This document shows positions 51,345 through 63,426 of a stretch of 64,000 nucleotides of DNA, piece by piece. Position numbers and translations under genes: made by a program. The DNA is from an uncultured Chloroflexota bacterium (GTDB lineage Bacteria; Chloroflexota; Limnocylindria; Limnocylindrales; CSP1-4): NCBI GenBank assembly GCA_947085195.1, contig CAMTVM010000004.1, forward strand, positions 1,624-65,623, in the 5' to 3' direction. The notes under the pieces were generated by a model, which saw only the letters and a list, made by a program, of their open reading frames with translations, was not told the origin of the DNA and did no database searches. The number at the start of each line of letters is the position of its first letter. Position 1 is the first letter of the stretch.

Positions 51345-51952
51345 CGGGGGTCGATCCGTCCTGCGGCAGGGGCGGATGCGGGCGTCGGGAGCGCGGGACC
51401 CACCGACTGCCACGGGACCGGCGCCAGCAGCGACCCGGTCCGCGCCGGTTCGCCGGCCGCCAGGGCGCGCGCGAACGCCTCGTAGGCTGCGGCACCCCGG
51501 AGGGCGAAGATGACGTGGTCGATCGTGGACGGCGTCGCGAGCTCGTCGCGCACGGCCTCTACGGCGATCGAGGCGGCCTCGTCGAGCGGGAACCCGCCGA
51601 TGCCGGTGCCGAGGGCCGGGAACGCGATGCTCGCGAGCCCGAGCTCACGGGCGCGGGCCATCGCGCTGCGGGCGGCGCGGTCGATCGCGGGGCGGCTGGT
51701 GCGGCGATCGCGCTCGAGGGAGACGGCGTGGATCACCACCCGGGCGGCGAGGCGGCCGGCCGAGGTGACGAGGGCATCGCCGAGCTGGGCGGGGGCCTGG
51801 CGCAGGACCGCGAACTCGATCGCGTCACCCCCGTTGCGCTTCAGCTCGCCGGCGACACCCGTGGACATCCACAGGGACGTCGATGCGGGGCTCACGATGG
51901 CATCGACCTCAAGGTCGCAGATATCGCCGTTCCAGAGTTCGATTCGTGCCAC
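51341..51952 (-). CDS. macro domain protein (ADP-ribose binding / O-acetyl-ADP-ribose deacetylase-like)
   Basis: Track ORF. LWNGDICDLEVDAIVSPAS...GVAGEL...GDALVTSAGRL...VIHAV... Confidence 0.7.
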   Translation of the reverse strand: MARIELWNGDICDLEVDAIVSPASTSLWMSTGVAGELKRNGGDAIEFAVLRQAPAQLGDALVTSAGRLAARVVIHAVSLERDRRTSRPAIDRAARSAMARARELGLASIAFPALGTGIGGFPLDEAASIAVEAVRDELATPSTIDHVIFALRGAAAYEAFARALAAGEPARTGSLLAPVPWQSVGPALPTPASAPAAGRIDPR

Positions 51953-53238
51953 TCTGATCTCCCTCCCGCGAGCGTCCGGACCTCAACGGGCAAACCGGCG
52001 GCATGGTACACCCGGGGCAGCCTGCGGGACATCGCGGCCAGGATCTCGTAGCTGATCGTCCCGCCTGACGCGGCCAGTTGCTGGGCCGTGATCCGCTCCC
52101 CGCCCTGCTCGCCGATCAGCACGAACTCGTCGTCCTCGTCCACCGGCGGACCGGGTACGTCGGTGACGTCCACCATGATCGCGTCCATCGCAACGCAACC
52201 CACCAGCGGTGCGTGCACGCCCCGCACGAGCGCCTCCGAGCGGTCCGACAGGAAGCGCCGCCAGCCGTCGGCGTAGCCCACCGGCAGCGTCGCGATCCGA
52301 GAGGGGCGCGAGGTGATGAACGTCGGTCCGTACGACACGCCATGGCCGGCCGGCAGGTCCGCGACGCGGACGGGTCGCGCCCAGAGCTCCAGGACCGGCC
52401 GCAGGCGTCCCGCCGCCGGGGTGGTGATCTCCGCTACCACCAGCGCGTCGGGGACAAGCCCGTAGATCGAGAGGCCCGTCCGGACCGCGTCCCAGGGCGC
52501 CACGTCCGCGCCCAGGACCCCACCGCTCCCCGCGATGTGACGGCGGACCGCCAGCGGATCGCCTCCGAACCGCACCAGGGCCGCGAGCCGGTCGACCGTA
52601 CTGCCGAACCGCCGGTCCTGGGCGAGGGCGTTGGGCGTCACCTCCGCGGCCGCGAGGTGCGTCCAGACGCCCCCGAGACGAACGCCCGGGGTCTCCGATA
52701 CGAGGCGGATCGCCTCGACCGCATCGTCCGGCAGGACGCCGCCGCGCCCGAGCCCCGTCTCGATTTCCACGTGGATCTCGAGCGGCGGCATCGCCAGGTC
52801 CCCGGTCGCTGCCTGAGCCAGCGCCGCGAGGATGCGTCCGGCGAGCAGCCCGGCGCCGACGCTGACCGCGATCCCGGCCCGCGCTGCCGCGACCGCGTGT
52901 TCCGGAGGCACCGGGTAGATGACCAGCAGAGGCAGGTCGATCCCCGCCTCGCGGAGCTCGTAGGCCTCGTCCAGGGTCGCCACCGACAACCCGTCGGCAC
53001 CTGCCGCCTCGAGGGCCTGCGCGACCGGGATCGCCCCATGGCCGTAGGCGTCCGCCTTGACGACTGGCTCCACCCTTACGCCCGGCCCCACGACCTCGCG
53101 CAGGGCCGCCAGGTTGGCGCGGAGCGCGTCCAGGTCGATCTCGAGCCAGGCCGTCCGGGGGAGCGGAGGCAGACCGGCCGCCCGCAACCGCTCCTCGATG
53201 GATGCGCGCGCCGGGGTTGACGCCTGCTGGTCGATCAC
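51892..53238 (-). CDS. alr: alanine racemase
   Basis: C-terminal 448 aa of track ORF 51892..53643(-). AWLEIDLDALRANL...VVKADAYGHG (PLP Lys), ...GRVSMD-like VAMDAIMV. GTG start 53238 overlapping nnr stop. Confidence 0.85.
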   Translation of the reverse strand: MIDQQASTPARASIEERLRAAGLPPLPRTAWLEIDLDALRANLAALREVVGPGVRVEPVVKADAYGHGAIPVAQALEAAGADGLSVATLDEAYELREAGIDLPLLVIYPVPPEHAVAAARAGIAVSVGAGLLAGRILAALAQAATGDLAMPPLEIHVEIETGLGRGGVLPDDAVEAIRLVSETPGVRLGGVWTHLAAAEVTPNALAQDRRFGSTVDRLAALVRFGGDPLAVRRHIAGSGGVLGADVAPWDAVRTGLSIYGLVPDALVVAEITTPAAGRLRPVLELWARPVRVADLPAGHGVSYGPTFITSRPSRIATLPVGYADGWRRFLSDRSEALVRGVHAPLVGCVAMDAIMVDVTDVPGPPVDEDDEFVLIGEQGGERITAQQLAASGGTISYEILAAMSRRLPRVYHAAGLPVEVRTLAGGRSEWHESNSGTAISATLRSMPS

Positions 53239-54329
53239 CCTGGGTCTCCGGGTGCCGCGCCCGGCGGTTCGCCCGGCGCTCCGGACGCCCCCGCGTCGCG
53301 GGTTGCGAACCCCAGCCGACGCCCCGAGCGCTGACGCTCCGCGATGTGCGCCAGGCGCCTTCGCCCCAGCGGCATCGCCTCCGTCAGGTCCGACGCCAGC
53401 AGCCCGGCATCCCCGAGCCGCTCCCTGACCGCCTCGCCGGCAAGGCCGTGGAGATAGACGCCCAGGCGGGCCGCGTCGTATGGGGCCAGGCCCTGGGCCA
53501 GGAGCGCCCCGATCGTGCCCGCCAGGACGTCGCCCGTGCCGCCGGAGGCCATCGCTGGGTTCTCGAACGGGGCGACGGAAATCGAGCCGTCGGGCGCGGC
53601 GATGACGGTGTGCGCACCCTTGAGCACGACGACCTGCCGCCACTCGGCCGCCGCGGCCGCCGCCGAACGGACGCGGGCCGCGTCGTCATCGTTGAGGTCG
53701 CCGTCGGCCCCCGGGTCGTGCTTGCTGCCCGCCCGCAGCCGGGCGAACTCGCCGGCGTGCGGCGTCAGGACGCACGGGCGGCTGACCAGCCTCCACCACT
53801 CGTCCACCGCGGCCAGTGTCCGCAGCGCCTCGGCGTCGAGCACCGCGGGCGCGCCGGCCGGCTCCTCGGGCACGGTGAGGATCAGGCGCAGCAGGTCCGC
53901 CGTCGCCAGCGCCGGCCGCAACCCGGGTCCGATGACCAGCGCATCGTGCTCGTGGTCGAGGACCTTCGCCAGGGCGGACTCCGGGTCGACCTCCTCCACG
54001 TCGTCCTCCGGCAGGGCCATCGTCGTGGCCTCGACCACCTTCGCCGCGAACAGCGGCTGGAGCGACTCCGGCACGGCCAGGGTGACGAGACCCGCCCCCG
54101 CCCGGCCCGCGGCCCGGCAGACCAGGAGCGCGGCGCCCGCGTAGTCCAGCGACCCGGCAATGACGAGCAGCTTGCCGAAGGTGCCCTTGTGGCCGCGCTT
54201 CGGGCGCTCGGGGAGCAGCCGCGCCATCGATTCGTCGTCCAGGCGGGCCGTGCCATCGGGGATCGGAGACCCGCCGGAGACCTCATCCTGGACCTGTCGC
54301 CGGAACCCGACCTGCCACCGCTCAGCCAT
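53235..54329 (-). CDS. nnr: ADP-dependent NAD(P)H-hydrate dehydratase (YjeF C-terminal domain family)
   Basis: C-terminal 364 aa of track ORF 53235..54584(-). RPKRGHKGTFGKLLVIAGS...VVLKGAHTVIA...GGTGDVLAG. Start approximate. Confidence 0.75.
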   Translation of the reverse strand: MAERWQVGFRRQVQDEVSGGSPIPDGTARLDDESMARLLPERPKRGHKGTFGKLLVIAGSLDYAGAALLVCRAAGRAGAGLVTLAVPESLQPLFAAKVVEATTMALPEDDVEEVDPESALAKVLDHEHDALVIGPGLRPALATADLLRLILTVPEEPAGAPAVLDAEALRTLAAVDEWWRLVSRPCVLTPHAGEFARLRAGSKHDPGADGDLNDDDAARVRSAAAAAAEWRQVVVLKGAHTVIAAPDGSISVAPFENPAMASGGTGDVLAGTIGALLAQGLAPYDAARLGVYLHGLAGEAVRERLGDAGLLASDLTEAMPLGRRRLAHIAERQRSGRRLGFATRDAGASGAPGEPPGAAPGDPG

Positions 54330-54900
54330 GCCGGTCCTCCCGCCCATCCACCTCCGCGGCGATGGTCCGGGTGCGCTCGTGGAGGGCGCGCATCCGCTCC
54401 AGGCGCGCGAGCAGGAGCCGCTCGCGCTCGTCGAGACGGTCGTCGATGTCGAGCGGGAAGACATAGCGCCCCCCGATCGTCCGCACGCCAAAGGCGACGG
54501 CCACGGCGTAGTCCGACTCGTGGGTGATCGAGATCGCGATGCGCCCCATCCCCAGCTGTCCGGCCCGCTCAGCGGCGCGACCATGGAGGCGTACCGCCGG
54601 CTGCCCGGTGGGCATCCGCTCGACCTCGATGTCCTTCCAGCCGATCCCGCGGACGCCCAGCCCCAGCACCTTGGAGATGGCCTCCTTGGCGGCCCAGCGC
54701 CCGGCGAACGTCTCGGGGCGGTTGCGCACGTAGCGCCGCTCCCGCTCCGTCAGCACGCGGCGCGCGAACCGCTCGCCGAACCGCTCGATCGCCGCCCGGA
54801 TCCGCTCGACCTTGATGATGTCGATGCCCAGCTCGGTCGTGCCTTCGGGCACGATGCCCGCGGGCAGACGCGGATCCCCGTCCGGGCCGGCGGGCGTCAT
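54322..54900 (-). CDS. acpS: holo-[acyl-carrier-protein] synthase with ~60-aa C-terminal extension
   Basis: Track ORF. GIDIIKVERI...AAKEAISKVLG. Confidence 0.7.
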   Translation of the reverse strand: MTPAGPDGDPRLPAGIVPEGTTELGIDIIKVERIRAAIERFGERFARRVLTERERRYVRNRPETFAGRWAAKEAISKVLGLGVRGIGWKDIEVERMPTGQPAVRLHGRAAERAGQLGMGRIAISITHESDYAVAVAFGVRTIGGRYVFPLDIDDRLDERERLLLARLERMRALHERTRTIAAEVDGREDRHG

Positions 54901-54903
54901 CGC

Positions 54904-56733
<1,830 letters not shown>

Positions 56734-56781
56734 GCCGCTGGGGTTCTCCTTGCGAGTCCGCCGCGGCCCTCCGCGGCCGGG

Positions 56782-58116
56782 CTAGTGTAGACGCTCCCCT
56801 GCGAGCGCCGAGATCGCGTCGGCGATCCCGGCGACCTCCTCCGCGTCGAGCCCTTCGACCATCACCCGCAGGACCGGTTCGGTGCCCGAGGGACGCACGA
56901 GGATCCGGCCGTGGGGTGCCAGCCTGGCCTCCGCGGCGGCGATGGCCCGCTGGAGGATGTCGTCCGCCTCCCACTGGTCGCGATGGCGCACCCGGATCGC
57001 GCGCTGCTGCTGGGGCAGGAGGGGGATCGCGCGGGCCAGGTCGTCCAGGCCCGTCCCGGCCGTGGTCATGACCCGCAGCAGCTCGATCGCCGTCAGGATC
57101 CCGTCGCCGGACAGGGCGTGCTCGCGCACGATCACGTGGCCGCTCTTCTCGCCCCCCAGGTCCGCGCCCGAGACCAGCATCGCCGCGAGGATGTGCCTGT
57201 CGCCGACGGGGGTCCTGACCAGGCGCCCGCCGGCCGCCTCCACCGCCCGCTGCAGGCCACCGTTCGAGAGGACCGACACCACGAGGTTCCCGTGGTCGAG
57301 CGCCCCGCGGGCGAGCCGCTCCAGCGCCAGGATCCCCAGGACCTGGTCCCCGTCCACCAGCCGGCCCGCCGAATCGACGGCCACGCACCGGTCCGCGTCC
57401 CCATCCAGCGCGAAACCGACGTCGGCCCCGTGCGCACGGACCGCCTCCATCAGCGAGCCGGGCTCGGTGGCGCCGCAGCCGCGGTTGATGTTGTCGCCGT
57501 CGGGCGTGTCGTGGATCACGGTGACGCGCGCGCCCGTGGCCCGCAGGATCGCCGGGCCCACGCCGCAGGCAGCCCCGTTCGCGGTGTCGAGGACCACGTG
57601 GAGCCGGGGGGCCGGCGCGGCGCTCGCCAGGGCGGTCCGATGGGCGACGTAGTGATCCAGCAGCGCCCCCGCGTGGACCGCGCGTCCGATCGCCGCCGGC
57701 ACCACGCCGGGCAGCTCGTCGGCGCGCAGCACGAGGGCCTCGAGGTCGTCCTCCAGGTCGTCGTCCAGCTTCAGGCCGGCCGGGTCCAGGACCTTGAGCC
57801 CGTTGTCTTCCGAGGGGTTGTGCGAGGCCGAGACCATGATCCCGGCGCCGAACTCGCCGGTGCTCGCGAGGTACGCGAGGGCGGGCGTCGGGACGACGCC
57901 AGCACCATGGACGTCGACACCCATCGAGGTCGCTCCGGCCGTGATGGCGGCCACGAACATGTCGCCCGAGCGGCGCGTGTCCTGGCCGACGACCAGCGAG
58001 CCGCCTGCGCCGACGACGCGATAGGCCGTGGCCCGGCCGAGCGCGAAGGCGAGCGATGGCCTGAGATCCACGTTGGCCAGGCCGCGGATGCCGTCCGTAC
58101 CGAAGATGCGGGTCAT
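56782..58116 (-). CDS. glmM: phosphoglucosamine mutase
   Basis: Track ORF. MTRIFGTDGIRG...SASHNP...GDGDADR. Confidence 0.9.
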   Translation of the reverse strand: MTRIFGTDGIRGLANVDLRPSLAFALGRATAYRVVGAGGSLVVGQDTRRSGDMFVAAITAGATSMGVDVHGAGVVPTPALAYLASTGEFGAGIMVSASHNPSEDNGLKVLDPAGLKLDDDLEDDLEALVLRADELPGVVPAAIGRAVHAGALLDHYVAHRTALASAAPAPRLHVVLDTANGAACGVGPAILRATGARVTVIHDTPDGDNINRGCGATEPGSLMEAVRAHGADVGFALDGDADRCVAVDSAGRLVDGDQVLGILALERLARGALDHGNLVVSVLSNGGLQRAVEAAGGRLVRTPVGDRHILAAMLVSGADLGGEKSGHVIVREHALSGDGILTAIELLRVMTTAGTGLDDLARAIPLLPQQQRAIRVRHRDQWEADDILQRAIAAAEARLAPHGRILVRPSGTEPVLRVMVEGLDAEEVAGIADAISALAGERLH

Positions 58117-58152
58117 GGGGTTCCTCGAGAGCGGTCCGGGGACGCGGGCGCG

Positions 58153-59445
58153 TCAGGGGGCGGCGGTTGGCGGGGCGGAGCTCACCCCGCCCGGTGACGG
58201 GGCGGGCAAGGCCGGGGCCGGGGTCGCCGCCTCGCGGATGGTGATGGTGACGGTCTCGGGCGCGAGCGCCGCGACGGTCACCCCGGAGGAGAGCGACGGA
58301 ACGACCGGCACCCCATGGACGCCCGGGGCCAGGCCGGCGACGTTGACGCCGACCACGAGCGGGGCGGCAGCGAGCCGGTCGAGGTCGGCCACCGACCCGA
58401 AGAGCGTGATCAGGGCGGTCGTGCCGGAGAGGTCGTAGAGGAGGCCGGGTTCGCGTCCGTCCAGCCGGAAGCCCGCCCTGAAGGTGCGCGTCTCCGTCAC
58501 AGGCTTCACGCGGACCACGACGGTGACGGTCGTCACGCCCAGCGGCACCACGCCCGTGGGCAGCGCAAGGGCGACGGTCGCGGTCACGTCCCGGGTCGCC
58601 CCGAAGACGGTGACCGGCGCCGTGTCTGCCTGGACCAGCTGGTTGAGCTCTTCCGCGTCGCCCTCGACCGAGATGACCAGCGGGTCGACCTCGATGGCGG
58701 CGATGCGGAACCCGGGGGCGGGCGCGCCGGTGACCAGCGGGTTGACGGGCAGCGTGCGCGATTCCTTGTTGGTGAACAGCGGCACGGTCACGTGAATCGA
58801 GCGCGGCTCGACGTCCACCCCGTGGACCACCTCGTCCGCGGCGTCGATGGGGTTCGCCTCGACGTCCCGGTCGAAGTTGATGCCACCTGGGTCGAGGGCG
58901 ACGTTGACCCGCACCGCCACGACCTGCTTCACGGCCGCGGACGGCCCGGTCACGGTAGCGGTGACAGGGGTGAACGTCGTCTGGCCCGCGTCGATCCCGG
59001 CCGGGACGGCGCTGCGTGCCACGCGAACGGGCACGGTGGCACTGATCCTCTCGTCAAGCACGACCTGGATCGTCTGGGGCCGGATCTCGAGGATCGTCAC
59101 CCGTGGGTCGCTCGGGACGACACTGACGCGGACGCTCACGGGCTCTCCGGTCGGGTCCAGCGAGGCCAGGTCGACCGTCGCCCGGAAGTCATCGGCTGTC
59201 AGGCGTCCGACCTCGGCCGGCGCGATGTACCGCACATGCTCCACCGGCCGCAGCTGGTTCGTGACCACGGTGCCGGACGGCTGGTTCACCGCGGCCACCT
59301 GGATGGGGCCTGGGTAGGTGTAGCTGTCCTGGGACGCGACGAGGCCGGCGTAGAGCAGGGTCGCGAGAATGATCGCCGCCAGCTTGAGCGGCCAGTTGTG
59401 GATCACGAACGCGGCGAGGCGCCGGGCGGAACGGCCGACGTTCAT
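58153..59445 (-). CDS. cdaR: YbbR-domain protein, CdaA regulator
   Basis: Track ORF. N-terminal TM helix then repeated YbbR-like beta-rich segments; positioned between cdaA and glmM. Confidence 0.7.
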   Translation of the reverse strand: MNVGRSARRLAAFVIHNWPLKLAAIILATLLYAGLVASQDSYTYPGPIQVAAVNQPSGTVVTNQLRPVEHVRYIAPAEVGRLTADDFRATVDLASLDPTGEPVSVRVSVVPSDPRVTILEIRPQTIQVVLDERISATVPVRVARSAVPAGIDAGQTTFTPVTATVTGPSAAVKQVVAVRVNVALDPGGINFDRDVEANPIDAADEVVHGVDVEPRSIHVTVPLFTNKESRTLPVNPLVTGAPAPGFRIAAIEVDPLVISVEGDAEELNQLVQADTAPVTVFGATRDVTATVALALPTGVVPLGVTTVTVVVRVKPVTETRTFRAGFRLDGREPGLLYDLSGTTALITLFGSVADLDRLAAAPLVVGVNVAGLAPGVHGVPVVPSLSSGVTVAALAPETVTITIREAATPAPALPAPSPGGVSSAPPTAAP

Positions 59446-60407
59446 CGCTGCGCCGCCGTGGATGCCCCGGATTCGTCGTCGCGCAACCCACCCGGCGGGC
59501 CGTCGGAGGTGTCGACCTCCGGGTGACCTTCGGACTCGGGAGGGGCCACGGGATCGCGGGCGATGCGCAGACGCTCGAGCGAGCGTGCGACACCGCCTCC
59601 CACACCGCGCCGGCGCAGCCCGCCCGGCGGATCCGGGGACTCGAGCAGGGCCGCGAGTGCGCGGGCGAGCTGGGCGTCCGTCGGTACGCGGACGATGCGC
59701 GCCCGCTCGACGACGCTCATCTGGCCGTTCTCCTCGGAAACGACCACCGCGATCGCGTCGGTGTCCTCGGTGATCCCCAGGGCTGCGCGGTGGCGCGTCC
59801 CGAATCGCTCGGAGAGCGCCATGTCGGTCAGCGGGAGCAGCGCCGCCGCCGCCAGGATCACCTCCCCGCGAATGACCACCGCACCGTCGTGCAGCGCCGT
59901 CCTGGGCGCGAAGATCGTCCGCAGCAGCTCGCTCGACAGGTCCGCGTGGAGCATCACGCCGGTCTCCGCGATCTCCTCGAGGCCCGTCTCGCGCTCAAGG
60001 ACGATCAGGGCGCCGTGGCCTTCGCGCGACAGGGCGGCGGCCGCCCTGGACACCTCGCCGGCGATGTGCTCGACGCGGCGAACTGCCGCAGGGGCGAACA
60101 GCCAGCCAAGCGTGCCCACGCGGCCGATACGCTCGAGGGCGCGGCGGAGCTCCGGCTGGAAGACGACGACCAGCGCGAACAGCCCGACGACCGCGCCGGC
60201 CTGCAGGAGCTGCATGAACAGGCGCAGCTCGAGGAACTGGGCGAGGGCGTAGACGCCGAGCAGGATCGAGACGCCGATGATGAGGGTGACGGCACGCGTG
60301 CCGCGGATCAGGCTGAACACCCAGTAGATGAACAGCGCCGTGATCGCGATGTCGAGGACAGTCGCCCACGTGATCTGCTGGGCGAGCGACTCGACGAGCG
60401 GGAGCAT
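59442..60407 (-). CDS. cdaA: diadenylate cyclase CdaA (DisA_N domain with 3 N-terminal TM helices)
   Basis: C-terminal 321 aa of track ORF 59442..60683(-). HDGAVVIRG...DGxxRGxR-like RHRAALGITEDTDAIAVVVSEENG. Start ATG 60407. Confidence 0.85.
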   Translation of the reverse strand: MLPLVESLAQQITWATVLDIAITALFIYWVFSLIRGTRAVTLIIGVSILLGVYALAQFLELRLFMQLLQAGAVVGLFALVVVFQPELRRALERIGRVGTLGWLFAPAAVRRVEHIAGEVSRAAAALSREGHGALIVLERETGLEEIAETGVMLHADLSSELLRTIFAPRTALHDGAVVIRGEVILAAAALLPLTDMALSERFGTRHRAALGITEDTDAIAVVVSEENGQMSVVERARIVRVPTDAQLARALAALLESPDPPGGLRRRGVGGGVARSLERLRIARDPVAPPESEGHPEVDTSDGPPGGLRDDESGASTAAQR

Positions 60408-60480
60408 CTCGGGCGAGTGTAGCACCGGGCTCCGGGGCCGCCTCGGCCCGCCGATCGGCGGGCCGAGCGTCGGGCACCGG

Positions 60481-61518
60481 TCAGGCCCGGTCACCCCTCG
60501 CGGCCGCGATCCGCCCGATGGCCTCCGCCCCGCCACCCAGGCTGGCCAGCATTCCGACCAGGTCCAGCTTCTCGGTCGCGAGGGCGGCCCAGCCCCGTTC
60601 GTCGTACAGCTCGACCAGTGCGAGGTGGATCCCGGTGTCGTCCGGGGCGACGGACAGCGCGAGGTAGCACGCGTCAAGTGCACCGTCGATGTGCCCGTCG
60701 CGCCGATGTGCCGCCGCGAGGTCCAGCAGCCGCTCCACGGCCGGCCCGGCGTCCCCGACGTCGACGGCCTCCTCCGCCCGGATCGCCAGCGTCGAGGCCT
60801 TCACGTCGGGATCCAGGTCCCGGTCCAGGGCACGCCGGTACCGGACCGGGGGCGGTGGCTCCGGCGCTCGCTCCACCGGCTCACCGAGGTCGACCTCCAC
60901 GACGGCGGGTCCGTCATCCGCAACCGCGGCCGGACCTGCGCCGGGGCGGGCAACCGAAGGGCTCGCCCCGGGAGCCGGGGCCTGCGCTGCCTCGCCGGAG
61001 ACGTCCTGGACGACCGCTTCCCCGTGGAGGACCAGCAGCGCGTGCTCCAACGCGATCCGGCCCGGCGCGGCAGGCTCCGATTCCCGCAGGCGCCTGATCA
61101 ACCGCTCAAGCGTGCGGCGACGGTCCCGGCGCTCCGCCAGCTCCAGGCTCCGGCGGGCGGCGTCGACCGCGTCGGCCAGATTGCCCGCGGCGGCGCGCGC
61201 CTCGGCCAGCGCGTCGAACGCGTCGGCCGCCTCCGATCGCCGGTCGAGGTCGGCCAGCGCCTGGGCGCGTCCCAGGATCGCCGCCTCGTCCCGCGCAGAG
61301 AGCCCGAGAGCGACGGTGTAGTGGTGGAGGGCGTCGGCGGCCCGCTTGCTGCGCAGGAGCGCGGTCCCGGCACTCGTGTGCGGCGTGGAGCGCTCGGGCG
61401 CGATCGCCGCCGCCTCCGCATACGCCGTCAGAGCCTCCTCGAGGCGCCCCCGCAGCGCCGCGACGTGGCCGCGCCTCAGGGCCTCCTTGTAGCGCTCGTA
61501 GAGGGCCTCGCCGCTCAT
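60481..61518 (-). CDS. TPR-repeat protein
   Basis: C-terminal 345 aa of track ORF 60481..61638(-). Repeated Ala-rich helical hairpins; no catalytic motif. Confidence 0.55.
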   Translation of the reverse strand: MSGEALYERYKEALRRGHVAALRGRLEEALTAYAEAAAIAPERSTPHTSAGTALLRSKRAADALHHYTVALGLSARDEAAILGRAQALADLDRRSEAADAFDALAEARAAAGNLADAVDAARRSLELAERRDRRRTLERLIRRLRESEPAAPGRIALEHALLVLHGEAVVQDVSGEAAQAPAPGASPSVARPGAGPAAVADDGPAVVEVDLGEPVERAPEPPPPVRYRRALDRDLDPDVKASTLAIRAEEAVDVGDAGPAVERLLDLAAAHRRDGHIDGALDACYLALSVAPDDTGIHLALVELYDERGWAALATEKLDLVGMLASLGGGAEAIGRIAAARGDRA

Positions 61519-61552
61519 CCGGATCTCGCCTCCGCCCGCTTGTTCCGACCGG

Positions 61553-61792
<240 letters not shown>

Positions 61793-62191
61793 CTAGCGCT
61801 TGGTGTACTGGGGGGCCTTGCGAGCGCGCTTCAGACCGTACTTCTTGCGCTCCTTCATTCGCGGGTCGCGGGTCAGCAGGCCTGCCTGCCGCAGCGGCAG
61901 CCGGAACGAGTCCGGGTCGGACTGCAGCAGCGCGCGGGCGATCCCGTGGCGGATCGCGCCGGACTGGCCGGTGGTGCCGCCACCCTCGACCTTGATCATC
62001 GTGTTGTAGCGGCCCTCGGTCCCGGTCACGCGGAACGGGAGGAAGAGCTCCGCCTCACCGAGGATGCCACCGAAGTGCTGCTCCGGGGTCCGACCGTTGA
62101 TGACCATCTGGCCTTCACCGGGGATGAGGCGAACGCGGGCCACCGCCGTCTTGCGGCGGCCGGTGCCCCAATAGAACGCGGGCGTCGACAT
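61793..62191 (-). CDS. rpsI: 30S ribosomal protein S9
   Basis: In track ORF 61793..62257(-). ...[19 protein letters not shown]...[18 protein letters not shown]. Confidence 0.9.
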   Translation of the reverse strand: MSTPAFYWGTGRRKTAVARVRLIPGEGQMVINGRTPEQHFGGILGEAELFLPFRVTGTEGRYNTMIKVEGGGTTGQSGAIRHGIARALLQSDPDSFRLPLRQAGLLTRDPRMKERKKYGLKRARKAPQYTKR

Positions 62192-62204
62192 CAGGGCTCC
62201 TCGA

Positions 62205-62636
62205 TCAGGCGAGCGGCTCGGGCTGCTGGGCCTGGTGCGGATGGTCGTTCCCCGCATAGACCTTCAGCTTCCGAAGCATCTGGGTTCCCAGCCGGTTGTG
62301 CGGCAGCATCCCCTTGACGGTCCGGCGGATGACCTCCTCCGGGCGGCGGTTGAGGAGGTGACCGAGCGTCTCCTCCTTGAACCCGCCGGGATAGCCGCTG
62401 TGGCGGGCGTAGACCTTGGACGTCAGCTTGTCGCGGGTCACGGTGATCCGCGACGCGTTGAGCACGATGACGTGATCGCCCGTGTCCATGTGCGGGGCGT
62501 AGGTGGGCTTGTTCTTCCCCTCGAGGACGCGCGCGATCCGCGTCGCAAGGCGGCCGAGCGTCTCGTCCGTCGCGTCGACGACGTACCAGCGTCGCTCGAT
62601 CTCGCTCTCTCGAGGCGTATAGGTCTTCGCGCTCAT
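62205..62636 (-). CDS. rplM: 50S ribosomal protein L13
   Basis: Track [25 protein letters not shown]... Confidence 0.9.
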   Translation of the reverse strand: MSAKTYTPRESEIERRWYVVDATDETLGRLATRIARVLEGKNKPTYAPHMDTGDHVIVLNASRITVTRDKLTSKVYARHSGYPGGFKEETLGHLLNRRPEEVIRRTVKGMLPHNRLGTQMLRKLKVYAGNDHPHQAQQPEPLA

Positions 62637-63421
62637 TCCTCGTCTTCCTTGTCGTCCATCGGTCGTCGCCCCAGGACGACGCGCCGGAGGCAGAGTCCCT
62701 TGGCCGGGGCGGCTGCTCCATTGAGGGCCGGAACCCGTGCGGCGAGTGCCGCCCGGAGGCCCTGTTCATCCATCTTGCCGAGGCCCACCTCCAGGAGACA
62801 GGCCACCATCCTCCGCACCTGCCCCCGCAGGAAGGCGTTCGCCGTGACATCGATCGTCACCAGGCATCCCGCCTTCCGGACCCGGACCGCGTGCACGATC
62901 CGGACCGGCGACCGGTCCGTTCGGCCGAAGGCGGAGAAGTCGTGCCGGCCCACCAGGACCGACCCGGCGACCGCCATGGCGTCGACGTTCAGCGGGTCCC
63001 GCAGCCAGAGTGCCGTGCGCTCGTGCAGCGGGCTCCGCGGCCCGTTCCAGACGGTGTAGCGGTACTCCCGGTACCGCGCCGCGTAGCGAGGGTGGAAGCC
63101 CTCCGGGACCCTTCGGACGCCGCGGATCGCGACGTCCTTCGGTAGCTGGGCGTTGACCGCCCGCTGGAGCTCCGGACCGGTGAGCGTACCCCGGTAGGTG
63201 AAGGCGATCACCTGGCCCGTGGCGTGGACTCCGGTATCGGTGCGTCCTGCCCCTTCGACTACCACCCGCACGCCTCCGGAGAGGCGGGCCAGGGCAGTCT
63301 CGAGTTCTCCCTGGACCGAGCGGGCGTTCAGCTGGAGCTGGAAGCCCGCGAAGTCCGTCCCGTCGTATTCACACCGCGCGCTGTAGCGCACGGCGCGCCC
63401 TCTCGGGCGCTCGACCGGCAA
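62633..63421 (-). CDS. truA: tRNA pseudouridine(38-40) synthase
   Basis: Track [17 protein letters not shown]...RTDTGVHA. Confidence 0.85.
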   Translation of the reverse strand: MPVERPRGRAVRYSARCEYDGTDFAGFQLQLNARSVQGELETALARLSGGVRVVVEGAGRTDTGVHATGQVIAFTYRGTLTGPELQRAVNAQLPKDVAIRGVRRVPEGFHPRYAARYREYRYTVWNGPRSPLHERTALWLRDPLNVDAMAVAGSVLVGRHDFSAFGRTDRSPVRIVHAVRVRKAGCLVTIDVTANAFLRGQVRRMVACLLEVGLGKMDEQGLRAALAARVPALNGAAAPAKGLCLRRVVLGRRPMDDKEDEE

Positions 63422-63426
63422 GGCCG

